A stretch of 64,000 bases of DNA from an uncultured delta proteobacterium (lineage in GTDB: Bacteria; Desulfobacterota; Binatia; Binatales; Binataceae): assembly GCA_963832395.1 (NCBI GenBank), contig CAWHTV010000003.1, positions 199,323 through 263,322 of the forward strand. The letters run 5' to 3'. Shown piece after piece: positions 1 through 10,147 of the stretch (positions within the stretch are counted from its first letter, which is position 1; each line of letters starts with the position of its first letter). The notes under the pieces are model-generated. The model was not told the origin of the DNA. It searched no databases and worked only from the letters and a program-made list of their open reading frames with translations. The translations under genes and the position numbers were made by a program.

Positions 1-378
1 CTCGGGCTTGCCCGGCGGATGAAACGGATAGCCAAGGCATACGAGCCCGCGCACGCCGGTTTCATCGGCGATCATGCTCGCAATCCGGCCGCCGAGGGAC
101 TTGCCGCCGATCACGAGCCGCTTTCCGCCGCCGAGTTTCTCGATCGTGTCGCGCCAGGATTGCATCAGCGCGGGCCCCGGATTTGGCGCGCCGCCTTGGC
201 CGGTTTCGCGCCGCCGCCGCATGTAGGGAAACTCGAATCGCGCGACGCGGATGCCGGCCGTGGCGACCCCTACCGCGATCGTTTCCATGAACGGCGAATC
301 CATAGGGCTGCCCGCGCCGTGCGCGAGAACCAGGGTAATCGCCGCGGTCTTCGGTCCGTTGAACAGAAACTCGGCCAT
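1..378 (-). CDS. alpha/beta-hydrolase fold protein (dienelactone-hydrolase/KANL3-like); N-terminal 126 codons, continues past the left window edge
   Basis: Not in the ORF track (no stop inside the window). Hand translation from the reverse-strand ATG at 376-378 gives MAEFLFNGPKTAAITLVLAHGAGSPMDSPFMETIAVGV...KRLVIGGKSLGGRIASMIADE. This shows an HG motif and a GxSxG-type nucleophile elbow (GKSLG). Confidence 0.65.
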   Translation of the reverse strand, partial: MAEFLFNGPKTAAITLVLAHGAGSPMDSPFMETIAVGVATAGIRVARFEFPYMRRRRETGQGGAPNPGPALMQSWRDTIEKLGGGKRLVIGGKSLGGRIASMIADETGVRGLVCLGYPFHPPGKPE

Positions 379-504
379 GGCCCTCGATCATCGGATGACG
401 GATTCGTTTGCGCAAGCAGCTTGCGGGCTTGGTGCGGTTTCGTAGACACAGTAAAATTCAAGTATCCGCAGCACACGTGGAACGCTTCATGAGGAGTACG
501 GTCT

Positions 505-1476
<972 letters not shown>

Positions 1477-1524
1477 GCCTGATACTCAATTGACCACAGC
1501 GGCGAGGAAAATGACGGGAAGGTA

Positions 1525-1947
1525 ATGCGATCGCATACGAAATATCTCACCGTGAACGTTCCCGAGCGGATGGCCTTCGTGAACATCACGGATGACGTCG
1601 TGAAGGCGGTACAGGAAAGTGGCGTTCGCGAAGGATTGTGCCTGGTGAACGCGATGCACATTACCGCCTCGGTCTTTATCAACGACGATGAGCCGGGACT
1701 GCATGAAGACTATGCGCGGTGGCTCGAATGGCTCGCGCCGTACGATCCCAGTCCCGAGCGGTATCATCACAACCGCACCGGTGAGGACAACGGCGACGCC
1801 CATCAAAAGCGCCAGGTGATGGGCCGCGAGGTGGTCGTTGCGATCACCGCGGGCAAGCTCGATTTCGGAAGGTGGGAGCAAATCTTCTACGGCGAGTTCG
1901 ACGGCCGCCGTCGCAAGCGCATCCTAATCAAGGTGATTGGCGAGTAG
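1525..1947 (+). CDS. YjbQ/UPF0047 family protein (secondary thiamine-phosphate synthase-type)
   Basis: 140-aa [24 protein letters not shown]...[25 protein letters not shown]...NGDAHQK. The size and motifs are typical of the YjbQ family. Confidence 0.85.
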   Translation: MRSHTKYLTVNVPERMAFVNITDDVVKAVQESGVREGLCLVNAMHITASVFINDDEPGLHEDYARWLEWLAPYDPSPERYHHNRTGEDNGDAHQKRQVMGREVVVAITAGKLDFGRWEQIFYGEFDGRRRKRILIKVIGE

Positions 1948-2003
1948 CTCCGCTTGGCCGGCGAGCGCTCGATTTCTCCGGCTCGCTTCCATATCATTCG
2001 CCG

Positions 2004-4388
2004 TCAAACTCTCGTGGCCTTGTCCGGGTGGAGCAGGCGCCAGATATATTCGGTCTTGAGCGGCAGGTCGGTAATCTTGATGCCGAAGGGACTAAGCGCG
2101 TCTTCGATCGCGTTGGCCAGCGCTGCCGGGACCATCCCTGGAACTCCTTCGCCCTTGCCCTTGGATCCCAGCGGCGTATGGGGAGAGGCGACGTCGTGGT
2201 GGATGACCTCGAACTCGCGCGGCATATCCATTGCCGACAGCAGGTGATAATCCACCAAGGTGGCGGTCAACTGCTGGCCCGCTTCGTCGTATACATACTC
2301 CTCTGTCGTCGCATTACCCAGTCCCATCCAGACCCCGCCGTGAATCTGCCCCCGCACGACCATCGGGTTGATACACAGTCCCGAATCGTCCACCGCCACG
2401 TACTTCAGCACCGTGAACTTGCCCGTGTCGGGAAATACCTCGACGGTGAGGACGTGCACGTTGCAGCTATGCATGCCGGAGGCGGCGGCCTCGAAATGAT
2501 AGGTATGCTCCAATCCGGGATCGGTTCCGGGCGCCAACTTGGTCGGCGCCAGGGTCGCGGTGTGAGCGATCTCGCGCAGCGTGATCCGTTTGGCCGGATC
2601 CTTCGTCCAGATTAGCTCGCCGCCGGCGAATCGAAATTGCTCGGCTTCGCCAGCCTCGGGCGGAAGTTTGAGCAGGTGGGCGGCGATCCGGCAAAGCTTG
2701 GGCCTCAGGGCGCGCGCCGCCAAAACCGCGGCGCTCAGCGTGTACGACGCGCCACGGCTACCGAGCGTGCCGGTCGAAAAGGGCGTCGAGAAAGTGTCAC
2801 CGTAGGTGACGTAGACGTCGTCGGGAGCTAGTCCCAGCTCGCTGGCCACCCCTTGAGCGAAGGTCGTCTCATGGCTCTGGCCGTGCGGCGAATCGCCCTC
2901 GGCGACGTGAACCTTGCCCTGCGCGTCGATATTGACCGTGGCAACGCCGTAGCCGGGCGTGTTCTCCATTTCGACCAGCACCTCGGACGGCACCCCCGAT
3001 AACTCGACGCCCATCGAGAAGCCCACTCCCAGGTAGCGACCATGGTCGCGAGCTCGGATCTGTTCAGCGCGAAAGGTCTCGTAGTCGACGGCGGCGGCCG
3101 CCTCGTCCAGGGCGCCAATGAAATCTCCGCTGTCGACATGCACGCCGACAGGGCTGGTATGAGGAAACTTCTTGATTGCGTTGCGCTTGCGCATCTCCAG
3201 CGGGTCGATACCCAGACGGCGGCCGGCGATATCCAGGATTCGGTCGAGGGCGAAGCGGCCGGGATAGGAGCCGAAAGCGCGCACCGGGGTGAGGCTCGCC
3301 TTGTTGGTCACCACGCAGGTCAGGTCGATGTCGACCGCGGAGACGTCGTTGCCGTTGACCAAGTACATGGCGCCCAGATGCGGCATCGCGAAGCCCGCAT
3401 AGATTCCGACCTGGCCGTCGCCGCAGTTGGCGATGATGCGGTCGCGCACGGCCAACAAAGTGCCGTCCTTGCGCAACGCCGCGTCCACGTAGTGAATCTG
3501 GTCGCGCTCCTGGCCGACGTTCATCAGGCTTTCCATCCGGTTCTCGATCCATCGGATGGGCTGGCCCAGCTTCATCGCGAGATGACTGGCGACGATCTCC
3601 TCGCGGTAAAAGGGCGCCTTGCTGCCGAAAGCCGAGCCCATGTCGCGCGGCTGGATGACGCGCACCCGGTCGTGCGGGATTTGCATATAGGAGGCGAGCA
3701 AGTCGCGGATGTTATGGGGACGCTGAGTCGTCAGCCACAAGGTCAGCCCCTGGGCTTCGTCGTAAGTCGCCAGCATCCCGCGCGTCTCCATCGGCTGGGC
3801 GCCTGTCCGATGGCATTGGAAACGCTCGCTTATCACGAGGTCAGCGTCCGCGAAGCCCTTTTCGGCGTCGCCGCCCTGGATGTGCTGATGGTAGATTATG
3901 TTGTCGCCCCACTCAGGGTACAAAAGCGGCGCGCCCGGCTTGAGCGCCTCTTCGGAATCGACCACGACCGGCAGCGGCTCGTAGTCGATGTCGACCATTT
4001 CCATTGCGTCTTCGAGCAGGTACTTGTCGCGGGCCACCACTGCCACCACCGGCTCGCCGACGTGGTAGACCTTGTCGGGCGGCAGCGGCCAATACAGCGG
4101 GCGTTTGGTCTCGCCGGGCAGGTTGGGGATCGAAGCATCGGTCAGCACCGAGGCCCAGCCCTTGAACTCCTGGCCGGTGATGACGGCAAGCACGCCCGGC
4201 ATCTTAGCGGCCTGACTCGTGTCGATGGACTTGATGCGGGCGTGAGCGTGGATGCTGCGAACGAAGCCCAGGTGCAGCATCCGCGGCACGACCATATCGG
4301 ACAAGTATTGGCCCTGGCCCCGGATCAGGCGGACGTCTTCCTTGCGCTTGATCGATTTACCGACCCACGAATCCGCGCTCTCGTTCAT
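2004..4388 (-). CDS. xanthine dehydrogenase-family molybdopterin-binding large subunit (CoxL-like; substrate unknown)
   Basis: The 958-aa track ORF overlaps the upstream small-subunit gene. The internal ATG at 4388 gives MNESADSWVGKSIKRKEDVRLIRGQGQYLSDM, the standard N-terminus of this family. A Mo-site region GDSPHGQSHETTFAQ is present, and the protein is 794 aa. Confidence 0.9.
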   Translation of the reverse strand: MNESADSWVGKSIKRKEDVRLIRGQGQYLSDMVVPRMLHLGFVRSIHAHARIKSIDTSQAAKMPGVLAVITGQEFKGWASVLTDASIPNLPGETKRPLYWPLPPDKVYHVGEPVVAVVARDKYLLEDAMEMVDIDYEPLPVVVDSEEALKPGAPLLYPEWGDNIIYHQHIQGGDAEKGFADADLVISERFQCHRTGAQPMETRGMLATYDEAQGLTLWLTTQRPHNIRDLLASYMQIPHDRVRVIQPRDMGSAFGSKAPFYREEIVASHLAMKLGQPIRWIENRMESLMNVGQERDQIHYVDAALRKDGTLLAVRDRIIANCGDGQVGIYAGFAMPHLGAMYLVNGNDVSAVDIDLTCVVTNKASLTPVRAFGSYPGRFALDRILDIAGRRLGIDPLEMRKRNAIKKFPHTSPVGVHVDSGDFIGALDEAAAAVDYETFRAEQIRARDHGRYLGVGFSMGVELSGVPSEVLVEMENTPGYGVATVNIDAQGKVHVAEGDSPHGQSHETTFAQGVASELGLAPDDVYVTYGDTFSTPFSTGTLGSRGASYTLSAAVLAARALRPKLCRIAAHLLKLPPEAGEAEQFRFAGGELIWTKDPAKRITLREIAHTATLAPTKLAPGTDPGLEHTYHFEAAASGMHSCNVHVLTVEVFPDTGKFTVLKYVAVDDSGLCINPMVVRGQIHGGVWMGLGNATTEEYVYDEAGQQLTATLVDYHLLSAMDMPREFEVIHHDVASPHTPLGSKGKGEGVPGMVPAALANAIEDALSPFGIKITDLPLKTEYIWRLLHPDKATRV

Positions 4389-4468
4389 CTTGATGGCCCT
4401 CCTGTCGATGGCCTTCCTGACCCGTCCTCTTTTTCGGAGCTGCCCCGGCGAGCGGCGATGCGTCTGCG

Positions 4469-4975
4469 CTAGAGCGGGAAGAACTTCTGCCGCTCCTGCG
4501 GACTCATGGCATCCAGTTTGGCGCGCGCGGCCTTGACCGCCTCGACGATATGGACGTAACCCGTGCAGGGACAGAGCACACCCGAAAGCGCCTCCCGTAT
4601 TTCCTCCTCCGAGCGCCGGTCGGACTTGAGCAAATCGTAAATCGTGCACATCTGACCCGGCGTGCAGAAGCCGCACTGCAGCGCGTGCTTTTCCCAGAAA
4701 CCCTCCTGGATCGGATGAAGCCGCCCGTCCTGCGCCAGTCCCTCGATCGTCAGTATCCGCGCACCATCGGCCTGCACCGCCAGCATCAGGCAGGATTTCA
4801 CCGCCTTGCCCTCGAGCACCACCGTGCAGACGCCGCAGCGGCCTTCCACGGAGCAGCCCACGTGAGTGCCGGTGAGGCACGCCACTTCTCGGATGAAATC
4901 GACCAGCAGCATCCGGTTCTCCACCGCCGCCTGGTAGAGCTGGCCGTTGATCGTGATCGACACATTGGCGCTCAT
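4469..4975 (-). CDS. (2Fe-2S)-binding small subunit of the molybdo-flavoenzyme (CoxS-like)
   Basis: MSANVSITINGQ... with both cluster motifs: GCSVEGRCGVCTV and CGFCTPGQ...CPCTGY. The start at 4975 was chosen so that it follows the stop of the medium-subunit gene at 4989. Confidence 0.9.
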   Translation of the reverse strand: MSANVSITINGQLYQAAVENRMLLVDFIREVACLTGTHVGCSVEGRCGVCTVVLEGKAVKSCLMLAVQADGARILTIEGLAQDGRLHPIQEGFWEKHALQCGFCTPGQMCTIYDLLKSDRRSEEEIREALSGVLCPCTGYVHIVEAVKAARAKLDAMSPQERQKFFPL

Positions 4976-4988
4976 GGCATTGCGCTCC

Positions 4989-5879
4989 TCATTTTTTCGC
5001 GCTCGCACCGCTGGCGCGTTCGCCAGCGCGCTTGATCATCGCAGGGACATAACTCGCGATGAGGCCGCGGCGATAGGCCTCGGAGGCGCGCACGTCGGTG
5101 CCCACTTCGACTTCGCCCGCGGCCGTTTCGCCCGCCCGCGCGCGGACGGCATCGTCCAGGACGACGCCGGCCAGAAGCGCGGCCGCCTGCCGCGCATACG
5201 CCGCCCGCGCCGGCAAACCACCAATTGCGATCATCGCCCGCTCGCATCGGCCATCGGCGCTCAGGGTCAACTGCACGCCCACCGAAACCAGGGCGAAGTC
5301 GCCAGCCACCAGGCTGTGCTTGATGTAGGCGCCGCCCGCTCGCGCGGCCGGCTTGGGTAGTTGGATCTCGGTCAACAGCTCATCGGCGGCCAGCACGCTC
5401 GTCAGCGGCCCGAGAAAGAATTTGTCCGCTTCCACGACGCGCTTGCTACCGCCCGCCTTGGAAAGAACCATCCGAGCCTCCAACGCCAGCATCGCGACCG
5501 GATAGTCGGCGCCCGGATCGGCATGCGCCAGCGAGCCACCGATCGTGCCGCGATTGCGTATCTGGAAGTCGCCGATCAGCCGCGCGGCGTCGGACAGCAG
5601 CGGGTAGGCGGCGGCGACCAACGGATTGGCCGCGACCTCCGCATGGCGGGCCATCGCGCCCAGGCGCAGGGCGCCGTCGGCCTCGCGAATCGCCGCGAGG
5701 GCCGGGATACGGTTGAGATCGATGAGGCAGCCGGTCTCGACCAGCCGCAGCTTAAGCATCGGCATCAGACTCTGGCCGCCGGCCAGGAGTTTGGCGCTGT
5801 CCCGATGTTCGGCCAGCAGCCTAAGCGCCTCATCTATGGTTGTGGGTGCGAAGTACGATTCGATCGCTTTCGGATACAT
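4989..5879 (-). CDS. FAD-binding medium subunit of the molybdo-flavoenzyme (CoxM-like)
   Basis: The internal ATG at 5879 gives MYPKAIESYFAPTTIDEALRLLAEH...LLAGGQSLMPMLKLR...RNRGTIGGSLAHADP, typical of the FAD-binding molybdopterin dehydrogenase subunit. The gene order M-S-L matches cox-type operons. Confidence 0.9.
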   Translation of the reverse strand: MYPKAIESYFAPTTIDEALRLLAEHRDSAKLLAGGQSLMPMLKLRLVETGCLIDLNRIPALAAIREADGALRLGAMARHAEVAANPLVAAAYPLLSDAARLIGDFQIRNRGTIGGSLAHADPGADYPVAMLALEARMVLSKAGGSKRVVEADKFFLGPLTSVLAADELLTEIQLPKPAARAGGAYIKHSLVAGDFALVSVGVQLTLSADGRCERAMIAIGGLPARAAYARQAAALLAGVVLDDAVRARAGETAAGEVEVGTDVRASEAYRRGLIASYVPAMIKRAGERASGASAKK

Positions 5880-6042
5880 GCGCCCTCGCCGCCGGGCAAC
5901 GGCCCGGTTCTTCCCCAATTTTTGAGCGTGGACGAAACCCGGGGCTACTAGTCACTCTTGTCGCGGCGGTTTGTCAAACTGGCCATAGACCAGTAATGAC
6001 CGGAAAAACTCGTTTGCGTTAACGCCGCGAAAGGAATAATGG

Positions 6043-7434
6043 GTGCTCGTCGGCTTGGGGTTTCTCAGCCTCTTTGGGGAGGGCGCTGTGATCCGAAGCA
6101 AGGCCGGTCGAAAATTCTTAGCCAGAGGTGCGAGCGTCCTGACGCAAGGTCCGGGACTGCTCGCCCTACTAGCCGTAGCGTTCGTAATCGTCGCGGCGGC
6201 CGTCTCGCTTCTGCGGGTCGACCCGGCCACCCGTTTCCCTTTCACCTCCGCACTAAGCGTCACCGACCCTTCGATGATCGTGATCAGCTCCATGGTGGAG
6301 CGGGGCGATCTATGGGGAGCCAGCGCCAAAGTTGGAAGCTCCTACCGATTCGACAAGCCTGCGGGCTTGAGGGCATTGCGCCGATTCTCGGTGCTCGTGC
6401 TGCGCCGCGGACTTCAAGAGTACGACCCGTACGAGCGCTGCTACGCCGCGAGCGCTTTGGCCGCCGCGGGTGACCGGGACAAGATCGCGCAACTGGTGAA
6501 GATCTTTCAGGCGACCCGGGCGGCAGACCTGAAAATGGCCGCCGCGGACGGACTGGGAGATGTCGGTGACGCGGACGCCGTGGAGGCGCTGGGGCAGCTC
6601 TACAGTTGGACCGAGCCTTCACACCGGCGGATCGTGGTGAATGGAGCGGCGGAGGCCCACGATCCCGGCGCAATCGAATTGCTGAGCCACGCTCTGACCG
6701 TTTCCGATCAGATGACGCGCCTGACCGCCGCACGAGGCCTAGGTCAACTCGGGAACCGCAGCGCCATCCGCGTCTTGCGGCGGTTCGAAGCTGGCGCGCA
6801 GGATCCCTTCGAAAAAGCCACGGCCGCGTATTCGCTATTGCGCCTGGGCGACAGCTCCGCGGAAGAAATCGCCGAGGCGATACTGCGTGGTCGCGTCGAT
6901 GATGATGCCAGGGCGATGGCGGCGGTGGCGCTGGGTCGTGCGCGCGACCCGCGAATAGTCACTCTGCTGCACGCGGCTATAAGGGACCACAATATCGACG
7001 TTCGGATCGGGGCGGCAGTTGCGCTCACGCACTACGGCGATCCCGCCGGCGCAGGGTACCTCAAGGGCGCCCTGCGGGACGGGGATCCGATCACACGGTT
7101 GCATGTCGGTCAACTGCTGGACGAGGTGGAGTTTCAAAACGCGCGCGACGTTGTGATGGCGGCGATCGCTTCGCCGGACCCCGACCTATCGTTGCTGGGG
7201 ATTCGGGCGATCGGCTTGTTGGGCGGCGCCAGCGACGTCGGCCTTCTGGTCAGGCTGTCGGACGGGGCCGTGGATCCGATCGCCCGTGCCGAAGTGGCGT
7301 GGGCGTTGGGCAGAATCGGCGGCCCTGGCTGTGTTGCACCGCTGATCGCAATGGTCGCGGAGCCTGACCATGCCGTCCGTTACACGGCCGCCGATGCTCT
7401 AGATCGCGCGGCGATGAGACTGCTCGGGGGGTGA
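6043..7434 (+). CDS. membrane-anchored HEAT-repeat protein
   Basis: GTG start preceded by AAGGA. One N-terminal hydrophobic helix (LLALLAVAFVIVAAAVSLL) is followed by about 10 degenerate HEAT/PBS-lyase-type repeats (R..AA.ALG.LGD..A...L......D....VR..AA.AL). Confidence 0.75.
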   Translation: MLVGLGFLSLFGEGAVIRSKAGRKFLARGASVLTQGPGLLALLAVAFVIVAAAVSLLRVDPATRFPFTSALSVTDPSMIVISSMVERGDLWGASAKVGSSYRFDKPAGLRALRRFSVLVLRRGLQEYDPYERCYAASALAAAGDRDKIAQLVKIFQATRAADLKMAAADGLGDVGDADAVEALGQLYSWTEPSHRRIVVNGAAEAHDPGAIELLSHALTVSDQMTRLTAARGLGQLGNRSAIRVLRRFEAGAQDPFEKATAAYSLLRLGDSSAEEIAEAILRGRVDDDARAMAAVALGRARDPRIVTLLHAAIRDHNIDVRIGAAVALTHYGDPAGAGYLKGALRDGDPITRLHVGQLLDEVEFQNARDVVMAAIASPDPDLSLLGIRAIGLLGGASDVGLLVRLSDGAVDPIARAEVAWALGRIGGPGCVAPLIAMVAEPDHAVRYTAADALDRAAMRLLGG

Positions 7435-7541
7435 AGAGTCGAGCGGGCGCTCGAACCAGGCACAGACAAGGAGAACATCCGTCGCAGGACGGGAGGGCCG
7501 CTAGACGAAACACTGAAACACCAAGGAGGACGCCGAAGGGT

Positions 7542-9002
7542 ATGGTAGTCAAAGCACGTGCGATTGGGGCAGCGAGACGCAAGTATGTCGCGTGGGCAGG
7601 GCTGTTAGTCATAGCCACTGCTCTGCTTTGCGTGCGTTCCGCTATGGCACAGGACGTAAAGGGCTATACCAGAGCCACGTTTGACCAGTGGCTGGCCAAA
7701 TACAAGGACGCGAAACCCGATTTCAAGGTCGGCGATGTCCTCACAGCCAAGGACATCGAACGGATGCGACCGTTCATCTTTCCTGGCTATGTCGAGCAGT
7801 TAAACTTCCCCGAGTTCAAAGCGCCGATCGCAGCGCCTGTAGACCACACTCCACGCCAGGACTACATGTCTTGCACGGAGAAGTACCAGTCGCAGGTGAA
7901 GCTGCTCCCCGACCACACGGTGGGCAACTACGTCTGTGGGCAGCCCTTCCCTAATGCGTCGCTCAAAGAGAACGACCCGGACTCGGGTTGGAAGACGGTG
8001 TGGAATTACGAGTACAGATGGCAGAGCTTTGGCTTCTCGTGCATGGCTCCGGCCACCTGGGACCGATTTGGCGGCACGCACGACCTTCCGACGTGGGAGC
8101 TGCCTCCGTCCGACTGGATGGCTAGCGCAGGTTGGACGGAATCGAACGTCCATCCAGTGCTGCCGTCCGCAGACGTGATGAAGCTGATGTATGGCGGCGG
8201 CGGAAACTTCCAGCGCACGCTGGACGCCTTCTACCGCAAGGTCTTTTACACCCACCTCGCCATGCTCGAAAACCATACGCTGCCTGTGCCCGGCGCCTCG
8301 AATTTCGAGTTCAAGGAATTCACGGGCTTCTACTCGCCGTTTGACATCCGCGGCACCGCTTTCATCATCTACCGTTACGCCGACCCCCATCGCGAAGACG
8401 ACGGCTGGGCCTACATCCCCAACCTGCGGCGCGTCCGCCGGATTTCGGCCGAGGTCAAGTCAGATTCGCTGCTGGGCACCGACCACACGCTGGAAGACTT
8501 CTACAGCTTCTCCGGCCGTGAGCTCGAGTGGCACTGGCGCTTCCTCGGATGGAAGGATCAGCTTGCGGTCGTCGATTCCGTGCACGCGTATACCTATCTG
8601 TATGGGCCCAACGGAATCATTCCGAACGATACGTGGACGATGCGCCGCTTCGCAGTCATGGAGCGCACACCGCTCAGCGAGCGCCATCCGTACAAGAGCG
8701 TCGTGGAAGATTGGGATTCACAGAACTACGACGCATGGCTGATGGAAGCTTTCGACCATAAGGACAAGCTCTGGAAGGTCTGGGAATTCCAGAAGAAGTG
8801 GAGCGAGAGCTTTGACCCGGGCGACTGGATGCAGCCGATCAACAAGGGCGCCTACACGACCGAATTCCAGTCGGTGCAAGTGCTCGACGTGCAGAACGAT
8901 CGTGGAACCATCTGGATCGTTCCCGGTGGATTCCCGAACTTGAAGGGACCCGAAGCCGAGAAGCTCTACGACATCAACAAGCTCGAAGAGATCCATCGCT
9001 AG
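7542..9002 (+). CDS. DUF1329 family secreted protein (LolA-like fold family)
   Basis: ATG at 7542 is 12 nt after AAGGAGGA. There is a signal peptide (AWAGLLVIATALLCVRSAMAQD). The central GQPFPNASLKENDPDSGWKTVWNYEYRW segment resembles the conserved DUF1329 core. The upstream part of the track ORF (from 7431) is Arg-rich and unlikely to be translated. Confidence 0.7.
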   Translation: MVVKARAIGAARRKYVAWAGLLVIATALLCVRSAMAQDVKGYTRATFDQWLAKYKDAKPDFKVGDVLTAKDIERMRPFIFPGYVEQLNFPEFKAPIAAPVDHTPRQDYMSCTEKYQSQVKLLPDHTVGNYVCGQPFPNASLKENDPDSGWKTVWNYEYRWQSFGFSCMAPATWDRFGGTHDLPTWELPPSDWMASAGWTESNVHPVLPSADVMKLMYGGGGNFQRTLDAFYRKVFYTHLAMLENHTLPVPGASNFEFKEFTGFYSPFDIRGTAFIIYRYADPHREDDGWAYIPNLRRVRRISAEVKSDSLLGTDHTLEDFYSFSGRELEWHWRFLGWKDQLAVVDSVHAYTYLYGPNGIIPNDTWTMRRFAVMERTPLSERHPYKSVVEDWDSQNYDAWLMEAFDHKDKLWKVWEFQKKWSESFDPGDWMQPINKGAYTTEFQSVQVLDVQNDRGTIWIVPGGFPNLKGPEAEKLYDINKLEEIHR

Positions 9003-9014
9003 GCGTGAACCTGG

Positions 9015-9046
9015 CCCTGCCGGGCCGTGAAAACGGCTCGGCAGGG
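9015..9046 (+). terminator. GC-rich hairpin downstream of the DUF1329 gene (possible intrinsic terminator)
   Basis: CCCTGCCGGGCCG-TGAAAA-CGGCTCGGCAGGG: a 13-bp stem with one mismatch, 12 nt after the stop codon. No clear U-tract follows, hence low confidence. Confidence 0.4.
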
Positions 9047-9160
9047 CATTTGACCTGGCGTGCTCGTGCTCGCGGCCGCCGCCGCACGAGTCCTTATCCG
9101 GCGGCAGGCAAAAAATTGCCGAAGAACCGTCACATCGGATCGTTTGCGTGACGGGTCGCC

Positions 9161-9595
9161 TTATTTCAGCAACCCAACCTGCCGCAGCACTGCGGCATGA
9201 TCCCAATAGATCCGCTCGGCCGCCATTTTGCCGTCACGAAACTCGACGAAAATTATGAACGTCACGTCGATCTCTTTGCCCGTCGGAGGTATGCCCGGCA
9301 GGAACCAGTCCATCCGCTGAGTATGATGGAATTGGATGCGTGCTTCTTCGGCAATGCATTCTTCGGTGGCAACCCGATTGAGTAACGTGTGCCGCCAGTC
9401 GGGCGGTATCGATGGAATGAATTCGTCGCGGTAGAGCGGACCCAGGTTGGCTTTGCCCGTGCCGCCCCAACCGGTGGGCAGAGTATACACCGAGGCACCC
9501 TCGACCATCGTGGCCAGCGACTCGTGATGGTTCTTGGTGAGGAATTCTCCTCGCAGATGCTCCTCCCACAGATAGATATTGTCCTGTGCTGACAT
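9161..9595 (-). CDS. NTF2/SnoaL-like fold protein
   Basis: 144-aa ORF ending ...VTFIIFVEFRDGKMAAERIYWDHAAVLRQVGLL. This is the typical C-terminal beta-sheet pattern of SnoaL-like/ketosteroid-isomerase-like proteins. It lies directly downstream of the Rieske oxygenase genes. Confidence 0.6.
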   Translation of the reverse strand: MSAQDNIYLWEEHLRGEFLTKNHHESLATMVEGASVYTLPTGWGGTGKANLGPLYRDEFIPSIPPDWRHTLLNRVATEECIAEEARIQFHHTQRMDWFLPGIPPTGKEIDVTFIIFVEFRDGKMAAERIYWDHAAVLRQVGLLK

Positions 9596-9631
9596 CGTTT
9601 TTATCCCTCGACCGGAATTTTTCTTCGCCCT

Positions 9632-10114
9632 TCAGATAGGCGTCACCAGCAGCGACTGAATCCGGCTCGTATCCGCTATCACGAGCCGCTCTTTGAACTT
9701 CGGCACGTCGCCGGCGAAGACGATCTTGTCGACGTATTCGCCCACGCTATAGACCTCGGTCGCGCCGTAGTGGATCGGATCGATGGCGGTGCGAAAGACG
9801 GAATAGTTGGTGCGCGCCGAGATCACGCCATTTTCGCGCCGGCCAATTCGCACGCCGCCCATCAGATGACGGTAAAGATGCGGCCCGAACAGGTTGGCCG
9901 TGCGATGGGCTGTAACACGGTCCTGCAACATCCGGCGGCTATCGCAGTAAATCAAGGCGATCCGCAAGCCATGATCGGCGTTCTCGCGCGGCAATATCTG
10001 GTACAGGCAATCCTCGGTGAAGAAATCAGGCCACTCCTCCAACCGATCGTCGTCGAGACATTGGCCGTATGCATTGATCAATTCTTCGATCGCGTAGCGA
10101 ATTTCCGTGTCCAT
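9632..10114 (-). CDS. aromatic-ring-hydroxylating dioxygenase, beta (small) subunit
   Basis: 160-aa ORF, MDTEIRYAIEELINAYGQCLDDDRLEEWPDFFTEDCLYQILPRENADHGL...IYCDSRRMLQDRV. This is the characteristic Rieske oxygenase small-subunit pattern, and it sits immediately after the alpha subunit. Confidence 0.85.
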   Translation of the reverse strand: MDTEIRYAIEELINAYGQCLDDDRLEEWPDFFTEDCLYQILPRENADHGLRIALIYCDSRRMLQDRVTAHRTANLFGPHLYRHLMGGVRIGRRENGVISARTNYSVFRTAIDPIHYGATEVYSVGEYVDKIVFAGDVPKFKERLVIADTSRIQSLLVTPI

Positions 10115-10147
10115 AGATGCTATCCGTAGTTGCTATCCGGCGGTTGC

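Noticed and set aside
3042-4472. 476-aa plus-strand ORF
   Set aside because: It lies entirely antisense to the well-supported molybdopterin large-subunit gene. It has an Ala/Arg/Gly/Val-rich low-complexity composition and no recognisable family. It is a typical shadow ORF of high-G+C DNA.
2004-5879. Calling the M-S-L operon an aerobic carbon monoxide dehydrogenase (coxMSL)
   Set aside because: The large subunit lacks both the form I (AYxCSFR) and form II (AYRGAGR) loop signatures at the position I could align. Only a generic xanthine-dehydrogenase-family call is justified.
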